From assembly GCA_964559455.1 (NCBI GenBank), contig CAZLHO010000007.1, positions 14,636 through 78,635 of the forward strand: a DNA stretch of 64,000 bases, given 5' to 3'. Both the position numbers and the translations under genes were made by a program. This stretch comes from an uncultured Fibrobacteraceae bacterium. Its GTDB lineage: Bacteria > Krumholzibacteriota > Krumholzibacteriia > LZORAL124-64-63. The notes beneath the pieces are model-generated. The model ran no database searches, was not told the origin of the DNA, and worked only from the letters and a program-made list of their open reading frames with translations. Position 1 is the first letter of the stretch. Each line of letters begins with the position of its first letter. Shown here in pieces: positions 9,097 through 18,030 of this stretch.

Positions 9097-9675
9097 TCAG
9101 GCGTCCGGTCCGCCGGGTCCCAGGTGCAGCAGGAATTCCCGGTTGCCGCCCTTGGCGCCGGCGATCGGGGACGGCTCGACCGGATGGAGGACGCGCGCCA
9201 GGGGCGCCAGGGCGGCGAGCACGGCGTCCAGCACTTCGGCGTGCCGCTCCGGGGGCAGCAGGCCCCCGCGCAGCCAGTCGCGGGGGGCCTCGTAGTGGGG
9301 CTTGATCAGGGCCACGATCTCGCCGCCGGCGGCGAGCAGGGACAGGGCGCGGGGAACGATCCGCTCGAGGCGGGTCCAGCCCGCGTCGATCACCACCAGG
9401 CCGCAGGCCTCGGGCAGTTCGACGTGCAGGGCGTTGGTCCTCTCCATCACTTCGACCCGCTCGTCGCGGCGCAGGCTCCAGTCGAGCACCCCGTAGCCCG
9501 TGTCCACGGCGTAGACGCGGCGGGCGCCGCGGCGCAACAGCACGTCGGTGAAGCCGCCCGTGCTGCAGCCCAGGTCGGCGCAGACCCGCCCGGACGGGTC
9601 GATCCCGAAGCAGTCCAGGGCGTGGGCCAGCTTCAGCCCCGCACGCGAGACATAGGGTGATTTTTCCGCCGCCAT
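9097..9675 (-). CDS. tlyA: TlyA-family rRNA 2'-O-methyltransferase (FtsJ fold), lacking the N-terminal S4 domain
   Basis: YVSRAGLKLAHALDCFGIDPSGRVCADLGCSTGGFTDVLLRRGARRVYAVDTGYGVL carries the TlyA/FtsJ SAM-binding motifs. Start at MAAEKSPY (complement at 9673-9675). Confidence 0.75.
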   Translation of the reverse strand: MAAEKSPYVSRAGLKLAHALDCFGIDPSGRVCADLGCSTGGFTDVLLRRGARRVYAVDTGYGVLDWSLRRDERVEVMERTNALHVELPEACGLVVIDAGWTRLERIVPRALSLLAAGGEIVALIKPHYEAPRDWLRGGLLPPERHAEVLDAVLAALAPLARVLHPVEPSPIAGAKGGNREFLLHLGPGGPDA

Positions 9676-9768
9676 GCGCCATCCTTTCCTGTCTCTCCGC
9701 CTGGTCCCTGGTATATCATCCCCTCGGCGCAATCACCAGATCTCCCGGGAAGGATTCGGCGCGGTTCC

Positions 9769-11040
9769 ATGAAGTACGTCCGGCATCCGCTAACCGTCCT
9801 GCTGCTGCTCCAGGCCCTGGTCTTCGTCGTCTACGAGCGCGTGCTCACGTCGCCGATCTGGAACCCCGGGGACATCGAGATCCTGCACGACGCCTTCGTC
9901 CTGGCCGGCGACCCCGGCGTGCTGGCGCGCCACATCGGGGGGCTCTTCAGCCAGCCCCTGCTGCAGGTCGGCTTCCTGGTCGAGTTCCACCTCTTCGGCG
10001 CCGACCCGGCGGGCTACCTGGCGGTGAACCTCCTGCTGCACGGTCTCAACGCCTTCGTGGTCTACCTGCTGGCGAACATGCTCTTCTTCCGCTGGCGCCT
10101 GGCCCTGCCGGCCGCCCTGCTCTTCGCCCTCTCGGTCGGACACTACGGGAAGATCCTGCTCACGATCTCCGGCGCCGAGCCCCTGCTGATAGGCCTGCTC
10201 TACCTCTCGGTGCTCTTCTGCCTGATCCGCAACGACCTCCATCACGGCGGCCGGCTCGGCGGCCCCTGGTACCTGCTCGGCCTGGTCCTCTTCCTGCTGG
10301 CGGGGCTGGCCGGCAACGCCTCATTCGCGCTCGTGGGCTGCCTGCTGGCCTACAAGTTCTTCTTCTTCCAGGAACGGGGCCGGCGGGGGATCCTGTCGGC
10401 GGATCTGCTGATCCTGGTCGTGCTGCAGGTCGTCTTCTCCGTCGCCCAGTCGCATTGGGGGTGGCGCGAGAAACCGATCGAATTCTCGCCCGACGTGGGT
10501 GCGATCTCCTTCACCTGGATGTCTTTCAAGAACATCTTCCGCTACCTGAACCTGCTCGTCTTCCCGATGCAGCGCAGTTCGCTGGTGCAGTCGGGACACC
10601 CTCTGATGCAGTTCTTCTACGAGTGGCGGGTTCCGATCCGCGTCATGGTCTCGCTGGGCATCGTCTCGTTCGGCTTCTTCGGTGTCGTCTTCGGCAACCG
10701 TCCCGTGCGCTTCTTCATCGCCTGGACCCTGATCACGATCCTGCCCTTCACGGGGACGGCCTCCTCCGGGGAGTGGCTGAACATCGGGAACCTCTACCTG
10801 GCCTCCGTGGGCTTCTGCGTCATCCTGGCCGGCCTGGCCGTGGGCGCCTGCAACCTGCTCGGCGACCACCGCTGGCGCCGCCTGGCGCCCTGGCTCGTGC
10901 CGGCGGCCTTCGTCGTCATGGCCCAGGTCGTCAACATGCGCCTGGACGGGCAGAACCGGGACGCCGCCAAGCGCCCCGAGGTCATCCAGTTGCGGCAGGA
11001 TCTGGAGCGGACGATCCTGACCCCCCGCGCCTGGCGCTGA
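9769..11040 (+). CDS. Polytopic integral membrane protein, possible GT-C fold glycosyltransferase (PMT_2/ArnT-like)
   Basis: 423 aa with about 11 predicted TM helices. The first extracytoplasmic loop carries a D-I-E motif (NPGDIEILHD) like the GT-C DE/DD motif. RBS GGAAGGA lies before the ATG. Confidence 0.45.
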   Translation: MKYVRHPLTVLLLLQALVFVVYERVLTSPIWNPGDIEILHDAFVLAGDPGVLARHIGGLFSQPLLQVGFLVEFHLFGADPAGYLAVNLLLHGLNAFVVYLLANMLFFRWRLALPAALLFALSVGHYGKILLTISGAEPLLIGLLYLSVLFCLIRNDLHHGGRLGGPWYLLGLVLFLLAGLAGNASFALVGCLLAYKFFFFQERGRRGILSADLLILVVLQVVFSVAQSHWGWREKPIEFSPDVGAISFTWMSFKNIFRYLNLLVFPMQRSSLVQSGHPLMQFFYEWRVPIRVMVSLGIVSFGFFGVVFGNRPVRFFIAWTLITILPFTGTASSGEWLNIGNLYLASVGFCVILAGLAVGACNLLGDHRWRRLAPWLVPAAFVVMAQVVNMRLDGQNRDAAKRPEVIQLRQDLERTILTPRAWR

Positions 11041-11190
11041 GCGCGCCGAAAATCGGCCCCCGGCGACCGGTTCCTGTTGGACCGCGGGGCCTGTCCCACT
11101 ATCTTTGGACCGCCCCCGGGGAGGGGGCCGTGCGAGACGCGGCCGGCCCGGCCGGCAGGACCCACCATCCTTTCGGGAGGAAGGCGAGAG

Positions 11191-12312
11191 ATGGCCAAGT
11201 ACCGGATCGGTTGGATGCCCGGCGACGGCGTGGGCGTGGACGTGATGGACGCCACGCGCATCGTGCTCGACAAGCTGGGGCTGGACGCCGAGTACATCCA
11301 CGGGGACATCGGCTGGGAGTTCTGGCGCACCGAGGCCAACCCCCTGCCCGACCGCACCATCGACATGCTCAACGACGTGGACGCCGCGCTATTCGGCGCC
11401 ATCACCAGCATGCCCAAGGAGGAGGCCCAGGCCGAACTGGTCCCCGAACTGCAGGGCCAGGGGCACGTCTATCGCAGCCCCATCGTCCGCCTGCGCCAGG
11501 AGTTCAACCTGCGCACCAACCTGCGGCCCTGCAAGGCCTACCCGGGCAACCCCCTGAACTACCGCGACGACCTCGACCTGGTCGTCTTCCGCCAGAACAC
11601 CGAGGGCCTGTACATGGGCGTGGAGTACCACCCCCTGCCCCAGGACGTCCGCGACAAGCTGACCGAGACCCACCCGGCCCAGATGGGCAAGCTCGCGGAC
11701 GTGGCCAACGAGGACATCGCCATCAGCACGCGCATCTTCACGCGCAGGGGCTGCCAGGAGATCGTCCGCGACGCCTTCGAGTACGCCAAGAAATTCGGCT
11801 ACAAGTCGGTGACGGTGGTCGAGAAGCCCAACGTGGTGCGCGAGACGAGCGGCCTGATGGTTCGCGAGGCCCGCAAGATCGCCAAGGACTACCCCGGCAT
11901 CGAACTGTGGGAGACCAACATCGACGCCATGTGCATGTGGCTGGTGAAGAACCCGCAGGACTACGGCGTGCTGGTGTCCAGCAACATGTTCGGCGACATC
12001 GTCAGCGACCTCTGCGCCCAGCTGGTGGGCGGCCTGGGCTTCGCCTGCAGCGGCAACATCGGCGACAAGGTGGCCGTCTTCGAGCCGAGCCACGGCTCGG
12101 CGCCCAAGTACGTGGGCATGAACAAGGTCAACCCCATCGCCATGATCCTGTCGGCCAAGATGATGCTCGACCACCTGGGCGAGATCGACATGGCCAACAG
12201 GCTGGAGGCCGCAGTGGCCGCCGTGATCGCCGAGGGCAAGGTCCGCACCTACGACATGGGCGGCACGAGCACGACCACGGACATGGCCGCGGCCGTCGCC
12301 GCCAAGTGCTGA
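11191..12312 (+). CDS. Isocitrate/isopropylmalate dehydrogenase family beta-decarboxylating dehydrogenase
   Basis: MAKYRIGWMPGDGVGVDV...NLRP...GSAPKYVGMNKVNPIAMILSAKMML are the family hallmarks. The ATG at 11191 is preceded by GGGAGGAAGG. Confidence 0.8.
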   Translation: MAKYRIGWMPGDGVGVDVMDATRIVLDKLGLDAEYIHGDIGWEFWRTEANPLPDRTIDMLNDVDAALFGAITSMPKEEAQAELVPELQGQGHVYRSPIVRLRQEFNLRTNLRPCKAYPGNPLNYRDDLDLVVFRQNTEGLYMGVEYHPLPQDVRDKLTETHPAQMGKLADVANEDIAISTRIFTRRGCQEIVRDAFEYAKKFGYKSVTVVEKPNVVRETSGLMVREARKIAKDYPGIELWETNIDAMCMWLVKNPQDYGVLVSSNMFGDIVSDLCAQLVGGLGFACSGNIGDKVAVFEPSHGSAPKYVGMNKVNPIAMILSAKMMLDHLGEIDMANRLEAAVAAVIAEGKVRTYDMGGTSTTTDMAAAVAAKC

Positions 12313-12388
12313 GCGCGGCCGCCGCGATCGGCATGTGAAGGGAAGGCCGCGCCGACCCCCTGCGAGGGAAGGGTCGGCGCGGCCGATT

Positions 12389-12862
12389 CTATCGGGCGAG
12401 TTCGATCGCGATCCCGGCGCCTCCGGGCCGGTACTCCCGGCCGGCCAGCGCCGTCAGCAGCCCCGCCACGTCGACCCCCATGTACCGGTCGCCGGCGCGC
12501 TCCAGCTTGGCGGTTCCGGCGGCCAGCAGCACGGCGCCGGCTCCCTCCCCGCCGATCTCCTTCAGGATTCCCGCCGCGACCTGGATCAGGCCCTGCAGGA
12601 AACGTCCCTCCGGGGTCGTGCGGCCGGCGGCCAGCCACAGCCCTTCCAGCATCTCGTGGGTCTCCCAGTAGAAGCCGTGGTTGAAGAGATCGACCGCATA
12701 GAGGAAGCGGGGGGTCCGGCGCCAGTCGGCGGCGCGGAAGTCGGCGGGCGGCGGTCCGGCGCAGCGCCGCCACCCGGCGCTGGACGGGTCCCGGTTGGGG
12801 TGCGGCCCCCGGCCCGGCACGAAGGGGACGCGAGGCAGGGTGAAGTCGGTGTGGCGAAGCAC
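12389..12862 (-). CDS. DUF309 domain protein
   Basis: The C-terminal core FLYAVDLFNHGFYWETHEMLEGLWL is the DUF309 signature. The start is uncertain. A GTG at 12860-12862 gives about 157 aa. The 492 aa track ORF is over-extended through low-complexity R/G/P sequence. Confidence 0.45.
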   Translation of the reverse strand: MLRHTDFTLPRVPFVPGRGPHPNRDPSSAGWRRCAGPPPADFRAADWRRTPRFLYAVDLFNHGFYWETHEMLEGLWLAAGRTTPEGRFLQGLIQVAAGILKEIGGEGAGAVLLAAGTAKLERAGDRYMGVDVAGLLTALAGREYRPGGAGIAIELAR

Positions 12863-13164
12863 GGCCTGTTCCCGTGATGAAGTCCGGAGCCGGAGCGTCG
12901 CCGGAGTATAGGCGAGGCCCGCGGCGACGGCCACCCGTCCGGGGCGGCGGCCCCGAACGGGCGCCGGCGCCCCCGATGCGCCCTCCCTGCGATCATCACT
13001 TGACGCCCGCCCCGCCTTCGGCGACCTTGAACGCCTCATGCACGAACCCGCGCGCGCGCGCGACCGGCCGCGCTGCCAAGGATGGCGGCGCGGCCGGACT
13101 TGTTCCGGGCTCCGGCGGCGGCAGCCTCCGGAGCCCGCCATCTGGTTTTCCGCCGGCCGGCCTC

Positions 13165-15387
13165 CTACCGCACCAGCATCATCTTCAGGGTCCGCGTCTC
13201 TCCCTGCACGTTCAGGCGGCCGAAGTAGACGCCGCCGGGCTGCGGCCTTCCGTCGGCGCCGAGGCCGTCCCAGAAGACGCGCTGCAGACCCTCGGCCCGG
13301 TGACCGTCCACGAGCAGGCGCACCAGCCGGCCGCGGGCGTCGAAGATCTCGAGGCGCGCCGGTCCTCCGCCGGCGGGCATCTCGAAGAGGATCTCGGTGC
13401 CCGGATTGAAGGGGTTCGGCACGTTCCCGCGCAGCCCCGTCCTCTGCAGAGTCTCCGGATCGGGCACCGCCGTCACCGGATCCTCGAGGATCGCGAAGGC
13501 CAGATCGATCGACTGCATTTCGAAGGGGTGGTTCGCCGGATAGCGCAACTCGAACCAGGGGCCGGGATAGGGCTCCAGTCCCTCGCCCCAGACCGCGTCG
13601 TCGTTCCAGTGCTCCAGCGAGGTCTTCCAGCCGAAGTAGGCCATCGGGTCCAGCGGGTGGGCCTTGAGGTCGAGCCAGTAGACCACCGGCGCGTCCTCCT
13701 CGCCCTCCTGGATGAAGGCCATGTGCGGATCGACGTGGAACTGGTAGCGCCAGCAGGTCCAGTCCGCCGGGAAGGTGTAGCCGTCCGGCGGGAACATGAA
13801 GCCCTCCTCGATCTGCTCCGCGAAGAGGTCGACCCGGAACTCCCCGGAGCCGAAGTCGCGGTGCCACAGGACCTCGCCGGGCATGCTGTAGTCGTTACCC
13901 ATCTCGCCGACCGGGATGTCCTTGTGGATGCTCAGGGTGAAGACCACCGCAGCCGGGTCGTCGGCGAAGGGCAGGTAGTCGTCCAGCCACGAGCCCCAGA
14001 TCACGAAGTCGGTCAGGGGGCCGGTCTGACGGCATTCGAAATCGTCGGCCAGGAGGTAGTCCCGCTCGGCGGGCACGGCGCAGACGTCGATGCCGGTGAC
14101 GTCCAGGTCGGGACGCTGCAACCACTTCATCAGCCTCGCATCCTCTATGACCACCTCATAGTCCTCGACCTCGCCGTCCGGAGCCGCGCCGCCGGGAGCC
14201 AGGCCGCCGGCGTTGCTGATCCGGAAGCGGGCGAAGGTCTGGGCGCCCACCAGCGCCGACGCCGGCACGAGGAAGCCGAGGGTCTGGGTCCCGGCTCCGA
14301 CCGGCGCCCCGCCCATGATCATGTCGCCGGGCTCGTTCCAGCTCTGGTCGGCGCCGAAATCGATCCAGGCGTCGATCAGGCCCGGCGCCGAGGCGACGAT
14401 GTCGACCGAGGCCATCATGCCGGGAATCAGCGGCGACGTGAAGGTCACCCCGTCCTCGTCGTCGTTGCCGTCGTTGTCGTCGCCCAGGGCGACGGGGTCG
14501 GGCTGCCCGTTCGCCTCGGGATCCACCCCCGCGCCCAGGTACAGGACGCCGTCGATCGTGTGGCGCGCGCCGTTGTTGCCCATCAGGGTCGGGTATCCGG
14601 GCGCCGCCGCGCCGTCGGGCGCGTCGCCCCAGTCCTCGCCCTCGGGCACGGGCTCGCCGTCGATCACGAAGGCCAGGTCGATGGACTGGCCCGCCATCTC
14701 GTGCCCGAACGGATAGCGCAGCTCGTACCAGGGGCCCTGGTAGGGTTCGGGGCCGTCGCCCCAGACCGCGTCGTCGTTCCAGTGGTCGAGCGAGGTCTTC
14801 CAGCCGAATTGCGTTTCCGGGATGATCGGGTAGGCCTTGACGTCCAGCCAGTAGACCACGGGCTCGTCGGCCGTGCCCTCCTGCAGGAAGGCCATCTCCT
14901 CCGGAATGGCGAAGTTGTACTGCCAGCAGACGTAGTCCGCGGGGAAGATGTAGTTCTCGGGCGGATCCAGCCAGCCCTCCGGCAGGTCCTGCGCGAAGGG
15001 ACGGACGGCGAAGTCCGCCGGCTGGAAATACATCGCCCAGAGCATCTCGCCGGGCATGGAGTAGTCGACGCCGGCGGCGGGATCGGCGGGGATGTCGGCG
15101 TGCAGGCTCAGCGTGAAGGCCACGTTCGTGGGATCGGGGATGAAGTCGCCGAACCACGATCCCCAGATGTGGATCCCGGTGATCAGCCCGGTTTCGGTGC
15201 ATTGGAAGTCGTCGGCCAGGATGTAGTCGAAGAACTGAGCCGAGGGCATGCAGTTGACGTCGATGCCGGTGGTCGAGAGGTCCGGCAGCTGGATCCACTT
15301 GGCGGGCATGCCGGGATCCCAGTCGGCCAGGGCGGGCGCCGCGGCCAGGCAGAGCAGCGCCAAGGTGAGCAGGGGAATGCGTCTCAT
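13165..15387 (-). CDS. Large secreted protein: signal peptide, two tandem copies of an uncharacterised ~230 aa domain, Ca-binding-like D-rich linker, GEVED domain, and T9SS/FlgD-Ig-like C-terminal sorting domain
   Basis: Signal peptide MRRIPLLTLALLCLAAAPALA. Repeat 1 is KWIQLPDLSTTGIDVNCMP...LADDFQCTETGLITGIHIWGSW...WKTSLDHWNDDAVWG...WYELRYP. Repeat 2 is KWLQRPDLDVTGIDVCAVP...LADDFECRQTGPLTDFVIWGSW...WKTSLEHWNDDAVWG...WFELRYP. The GEVED domain is FARFRISNAGGLAPGGAAPDGEVEDYEVVIED. The C-terminus is NPFNPGTEILFEMP...LEIFDARGRLVRLLVDG...GVYFGRL.... Confidence 0.75.
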   Translation of the reverse strand: MRRIPLLTLALLCLAAAPALADWDPGMPAKWIQLPDLSTTGIDVNCMPSAQFFDYILADDFQCTETGLITGIHIWGSWFGDFIPDPTNVAFTLSLHADIPADPAAGVDYSMPGEMLWAMYFQPADFAVRPFAQDLPEGWLDPPENYIFPADYVCWQYNFAIPEEMAFLQEGTADEPVVYWLDVKAYPIIPETQFGWKTSLDHWNDDAVWGDGPEPYQGPWYELRYPFGHEMAGQSIDLAFVIDGEPVPEGEDWGDAPDGAAAPGYPTLMGNNGARHTIDGVLYLGAGVDPEANGQPDPVALGDDNDGNDDEDGVTFTSPLIPGMMASVDIVASAPGLIDAWIDFGADQSWNEPGDMIMGGAPVGAGTQTLGFLVPASALVGAQTFARFRISNAGGLAPGGAAPDGEVEDYEVVIEDARLMKWLQRPDLDVTGIDVCAVPAERDYLLADDFECRQTGPLTDFVIWGSWLDDYLPFADDPAAVVFTLSIHKDIPVGEMGNDYSMPGEVLWHRDFGSGEFRVDLFAEQIEEGFMFPPDGYTFPADWTCWRYQFHVDPHMAFIQEGEEDAPVVYWLDLKAHPLDPMAYFGWKTSLEHWNDDAVWGEGLEPYPGPWFELRYPANHPFEMQSIDLAFAILEDPVTAVPDPETLQRTGLRGNVPNPFNPGTEILFEMPAGGGPARLEIFDARGRLVRLLVDGHRAEGLQRVFWDGLGADGRPQPGGVYFGRLNVQGETRTLKMMLVR

Positions 15388-15802
15388 GTCGATCGACCCC
15401 CTTGGCGGCGGGCCGCCGCCTCTGGGCGTGATGGGCGAGACGGATATCGGACGCCGCGAAGGCGGCAGTTGGGGTCTGGGCTCCTTTCGTCGCATTGCTC
15501 GATGCCGGCGGGGCGAACGCGGTCGGCCGGACGGCCGCCGTATCTTGATCCTAGTCCAGAACGAGATCCGGAATCAAGGGGGTCGAATCTTTAGGATGGC
15601 GGCGGGGAAATCCGTTTCGCCCCCTTGTATCGATCCGCGCGTTGCGCTATGGTAGGCGCGTCCCGAGTACCCGGGTGCACGGAGCCGCCCGCGGCAAGGA
15701 AGCCGCGGGCGGTATTTGTTTGGCGCCGACGGTGCGCGGCAACCCCGCCCTCCCCGGCGCGTAGCTACTTCGCGCGCCCCCCGCCAACTCAGGGAGAAGA
15801 CG

Positions 15803-16795
15803 ATGAACGCTTCCGACCGCCCCGTAGACGCCGCCCGCAAGGCCCTGGTCCACGTGCTCGACCTCGTCGCCGCCGACCGCGTGCTCGTGCTCACCGACCG
15901 CGCCACCGAGGCCGTGGGCGCGGCCTACCGCGAAGCGGCCCGGGTCGTCGGTTGCGACGCCGACGTCCACGTCCTGCCGGAATCCGGACGCCCCCTGCAG
16001 GAGATTCCTCCCGGTCTCGTGGACCGGCTCGAGGGCGTGACGGTGGTGATCAACGCGATCGTCGGCGACACCGACGAGATCCCCTTCCGGGTCCAATGGA
16101 TGAAGGCCTGCGGCGACCGCGGCATCCGCGTGGGGCACAGCCCGGGGATCACGATGGACATGCTCGAGGGCGGCTCCCTGGACGTGGACTACGCGGCCAT
16201 GATGGCCACGGCGCGGCGGCTCATCGACGCCTTCGCCGGCGTCGACGCGGTGCACGTCACGACTGCGGCCGGCACCGACCTGACGCTGGGCGTCGCCGGG
16301 CGCACCTTCGTCACGGACGTGAAGGTGATGGACGAGAAGGCCGTGAACCTGCCCTGCGGCGAGGTCTATTGTTGCCCTGAAGAGAGCCGCGCCGACGGCG
16401 TGCTGGTGGTCGACGGCTGCGTCGGCGGCGAGGGGAACGTCTCCGAGCCCGTCGTCCTCGAGGTCGCCGGAGGCCGCATCACCGGGATCTCCTGCGCCGA
16501 CCCGGGGTGGGAGAAACGCGTCCGCGGCTTCTGCGACACCGACGAGGGAGCCCGCACGATCGCCGAACTGGGCATCGGCATGAATCCCGGCGCCCGCCTG
16601 GCCGGCTGCATGCTCGAGGACGAGAAGGCGCTGCATACGGCCCACGTGGCCTTCGGCGGCAACCGGGGCATGCCGGGCGGCCTCAGCTTCTCGCGCATCC
16701 ACATCGACTACCTGGTCCACCGGCCCTCGCTGACGGCCGTCCTGCCGGACGGTTCCGCCCGGGAGGTGATGCGAGACGGCGATTTCCTGGTCTAG
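15803..16795 (+). CDS. M29-like (aminopeptidase T/PepS-related) metallopeptidase, copy 1
   Basis: ELGIGMNPGARL...MLEDEKALHTAHVAFGG...HIDYLV resembles the M29 Glu/His metal-binding motifs. RBS AGGGAGAAG lies before the ATG at 15803. Family assignment is from memory and not verified. Confidence 0.55.
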   Translation: MNASDRPVDAARKALVHVLDLVAADRVLVLTDRATEAVGAAYREAARVVGCDADVHVLPESGRPLQEIPPGLVDRLEGVTVVINAIVGDTDEIPFRVQWMKACGDRGIRVGHSPGITMDMLEGGSLDVDYAAMMATARRLIDAFAGVDAVHVTTAAGTDLTLGVAGRTFVTDVKVMDEKAVNLPCGEVYCCPEESRADGVLVVDGCVGGEGNVSEPVVLEVAGGRITGISCADPGWEKRVRGFCDTDEGARTIAELGIGMNPGARLAGCMLEDEKALHTAHVAFGGNRGMPGGLSFSRIHIDYLVHRPSLTAVLPDGSAREVMRDGDFLV

Positions 16796-16882
16796 TCCTC
16801 GGCCAACTCCTTGCATTTGCCGCGCCGCCTCTTATCCTTTGGAGCGAGGGAGCCCCCGCCACCCGAAGGAGACGACAACCCG

Positions 16883-17875
16883 ATGGTCGACCTCGCCCCA
16901 ATGGATCGCAGCGCCCAGGAGGCGCTCATTCACGTTCTGGACCTGATCCCCGCCGACAACGTGCTCGTCGTCACCGACGAGGCAACCCGCGGCGTCGGTG
17001 ATTCCTTCATGCGGGCCGCCTCCGCCTACGGATGCGAGACCCGACTGTTCGCCCTGCCGGAATCCGAGCGCCCCCTGAAGTCCGTGCCGGACGACATGGC
17101 CCGCAGCCTCTGCGCGAGCACGGTCGTCGTCAACGCCTTCAGCGGCGTCAGCGGCGAGATCCCCTTCCGCGTGAAGTGGATCCAGGCCATCGAGAACACC
17201 GGCCGGATCCGCCTGGGTCACAGCCCCGGCATCAACGAGGCCATGATGGTCGGCCCGATGGACACCGACTACGCCACGATGGACAACATCGCGAGCGCGC
17301 TGATCGCCGGCTTCGCCGGCGCCGACCGGATCCGGGTCACGACGCCGTCGGGCACCGACCTGACGCTGGGCGTCGCCGGCCGTCCCTTCATCTCCGATCT
17401 CAAGGCCACGCCCGCCGTCGCGGTGAACCTGCCCTGCGGCGAGATCTACTGCGCCCCCGAGGAGACCCGCGTCGACGGGCTGCTCGTGGTCGACGGCACG
17501 ATCGGCGACATCGGCGTCGCCGGAGCGCCGCTGCGCATGGAGCTGGCCGAGGGCCGCATCGTCTCCTTCGAAAGCGAAGACGCGGACCTGCTGGCGCGCC
17601 TCGACGAGATGACGGCCATCGACGATCAGGCCCGGGTCGTCGGCGAGCTCGGCATCGGCATCAACCCGGCCGCCAAGCTGACCGGGAACATGCTGGAGGA
17701 CGAGAAGGCCTTCCGGACCGGGCACGTCGCCCTGGGCAACAACGAGGATTTCCCCGGGGGCCTGAACACGTCCCAGACCCACATCGACTTCCTCTTCCAC
17801 CGCCCCACCTTCACGGCCCACTTCCCGGACGGGACGTCGCGGGTGTTGATGAAGGACGGCGACGTCGTGATCTGA
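16883..17875 (+). CDS. M29-like metallopeptidase, copy 2 (tandem paralogue of 15803..16795)
   Basis: Full-length collinear similarity to copy 1, about 45-50% identity (VGELGIGINPAAKL...MLEDEKAFRTGHVALGN...HIDFLF). RBS AAGGAG precedes the ATG at 16883. Confidence 0.55.
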   Translation: MVDLAPMDRSAQEALIHVLDLIPADNVLVVTDEATRGVGDSFMRAASAYGCETRLFALPESERPLKSVPDDMARSLCASTVVVNAFSGVSGEIPFRVKWIQAIENTGRIRLGHSPGINEAMMVGPMDTDYATMDNIASALIAGFAGADRIRVTTPSGTDLTLGVAGRPFISDLKATPAVAVNLPCGEIYCAPEETRVDGLLVVDGTIGDIGVAGAPLRMELAEGRIVSFESEDADLLARLDEMTAIDDQARVVGELGIGINPAAKLTGNMLEDEKAFRTGHVALGNNEDFPGGLNTSQTHIDFLFHRPTFTAHFPDGTSRVLMKDGDVVI

Positions 17876-18030
17876 GCCGAGGCTCATCGGCCGCAACGGG
17901 CCCCGGAATCATCGATTCCGGGGCCCGCTTGCATCACGCCGGATCGCGGCGATGGCGGACCGTGCCCGCGTCTACTACGATGGGCGCGGGCGCGGGAGGT
18001 CCGCCCGACCACCAGAAGGGGAGGACAATC

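Noticed and set aside
6971-9295. 774 aa plus-strand ORF
   Set aside because: It is antisense to the 5'-nucleotidase gene, which has clear catalytic motifs. No domain signature was seen.
9657-12338. 893 aa plus-strand ORF spanning membrane protein and dehydrogenase genes
   Set aside because: It is an alternative frame running through two well-supported genes. The translation is RPG-rich.
12874-15594. 906 aa plus-strand ORF
   Set aside because: It is antisense to the tandem-domain GEVED/T9SS protein, which has a signal peptide, internal repeat and sorting domain.
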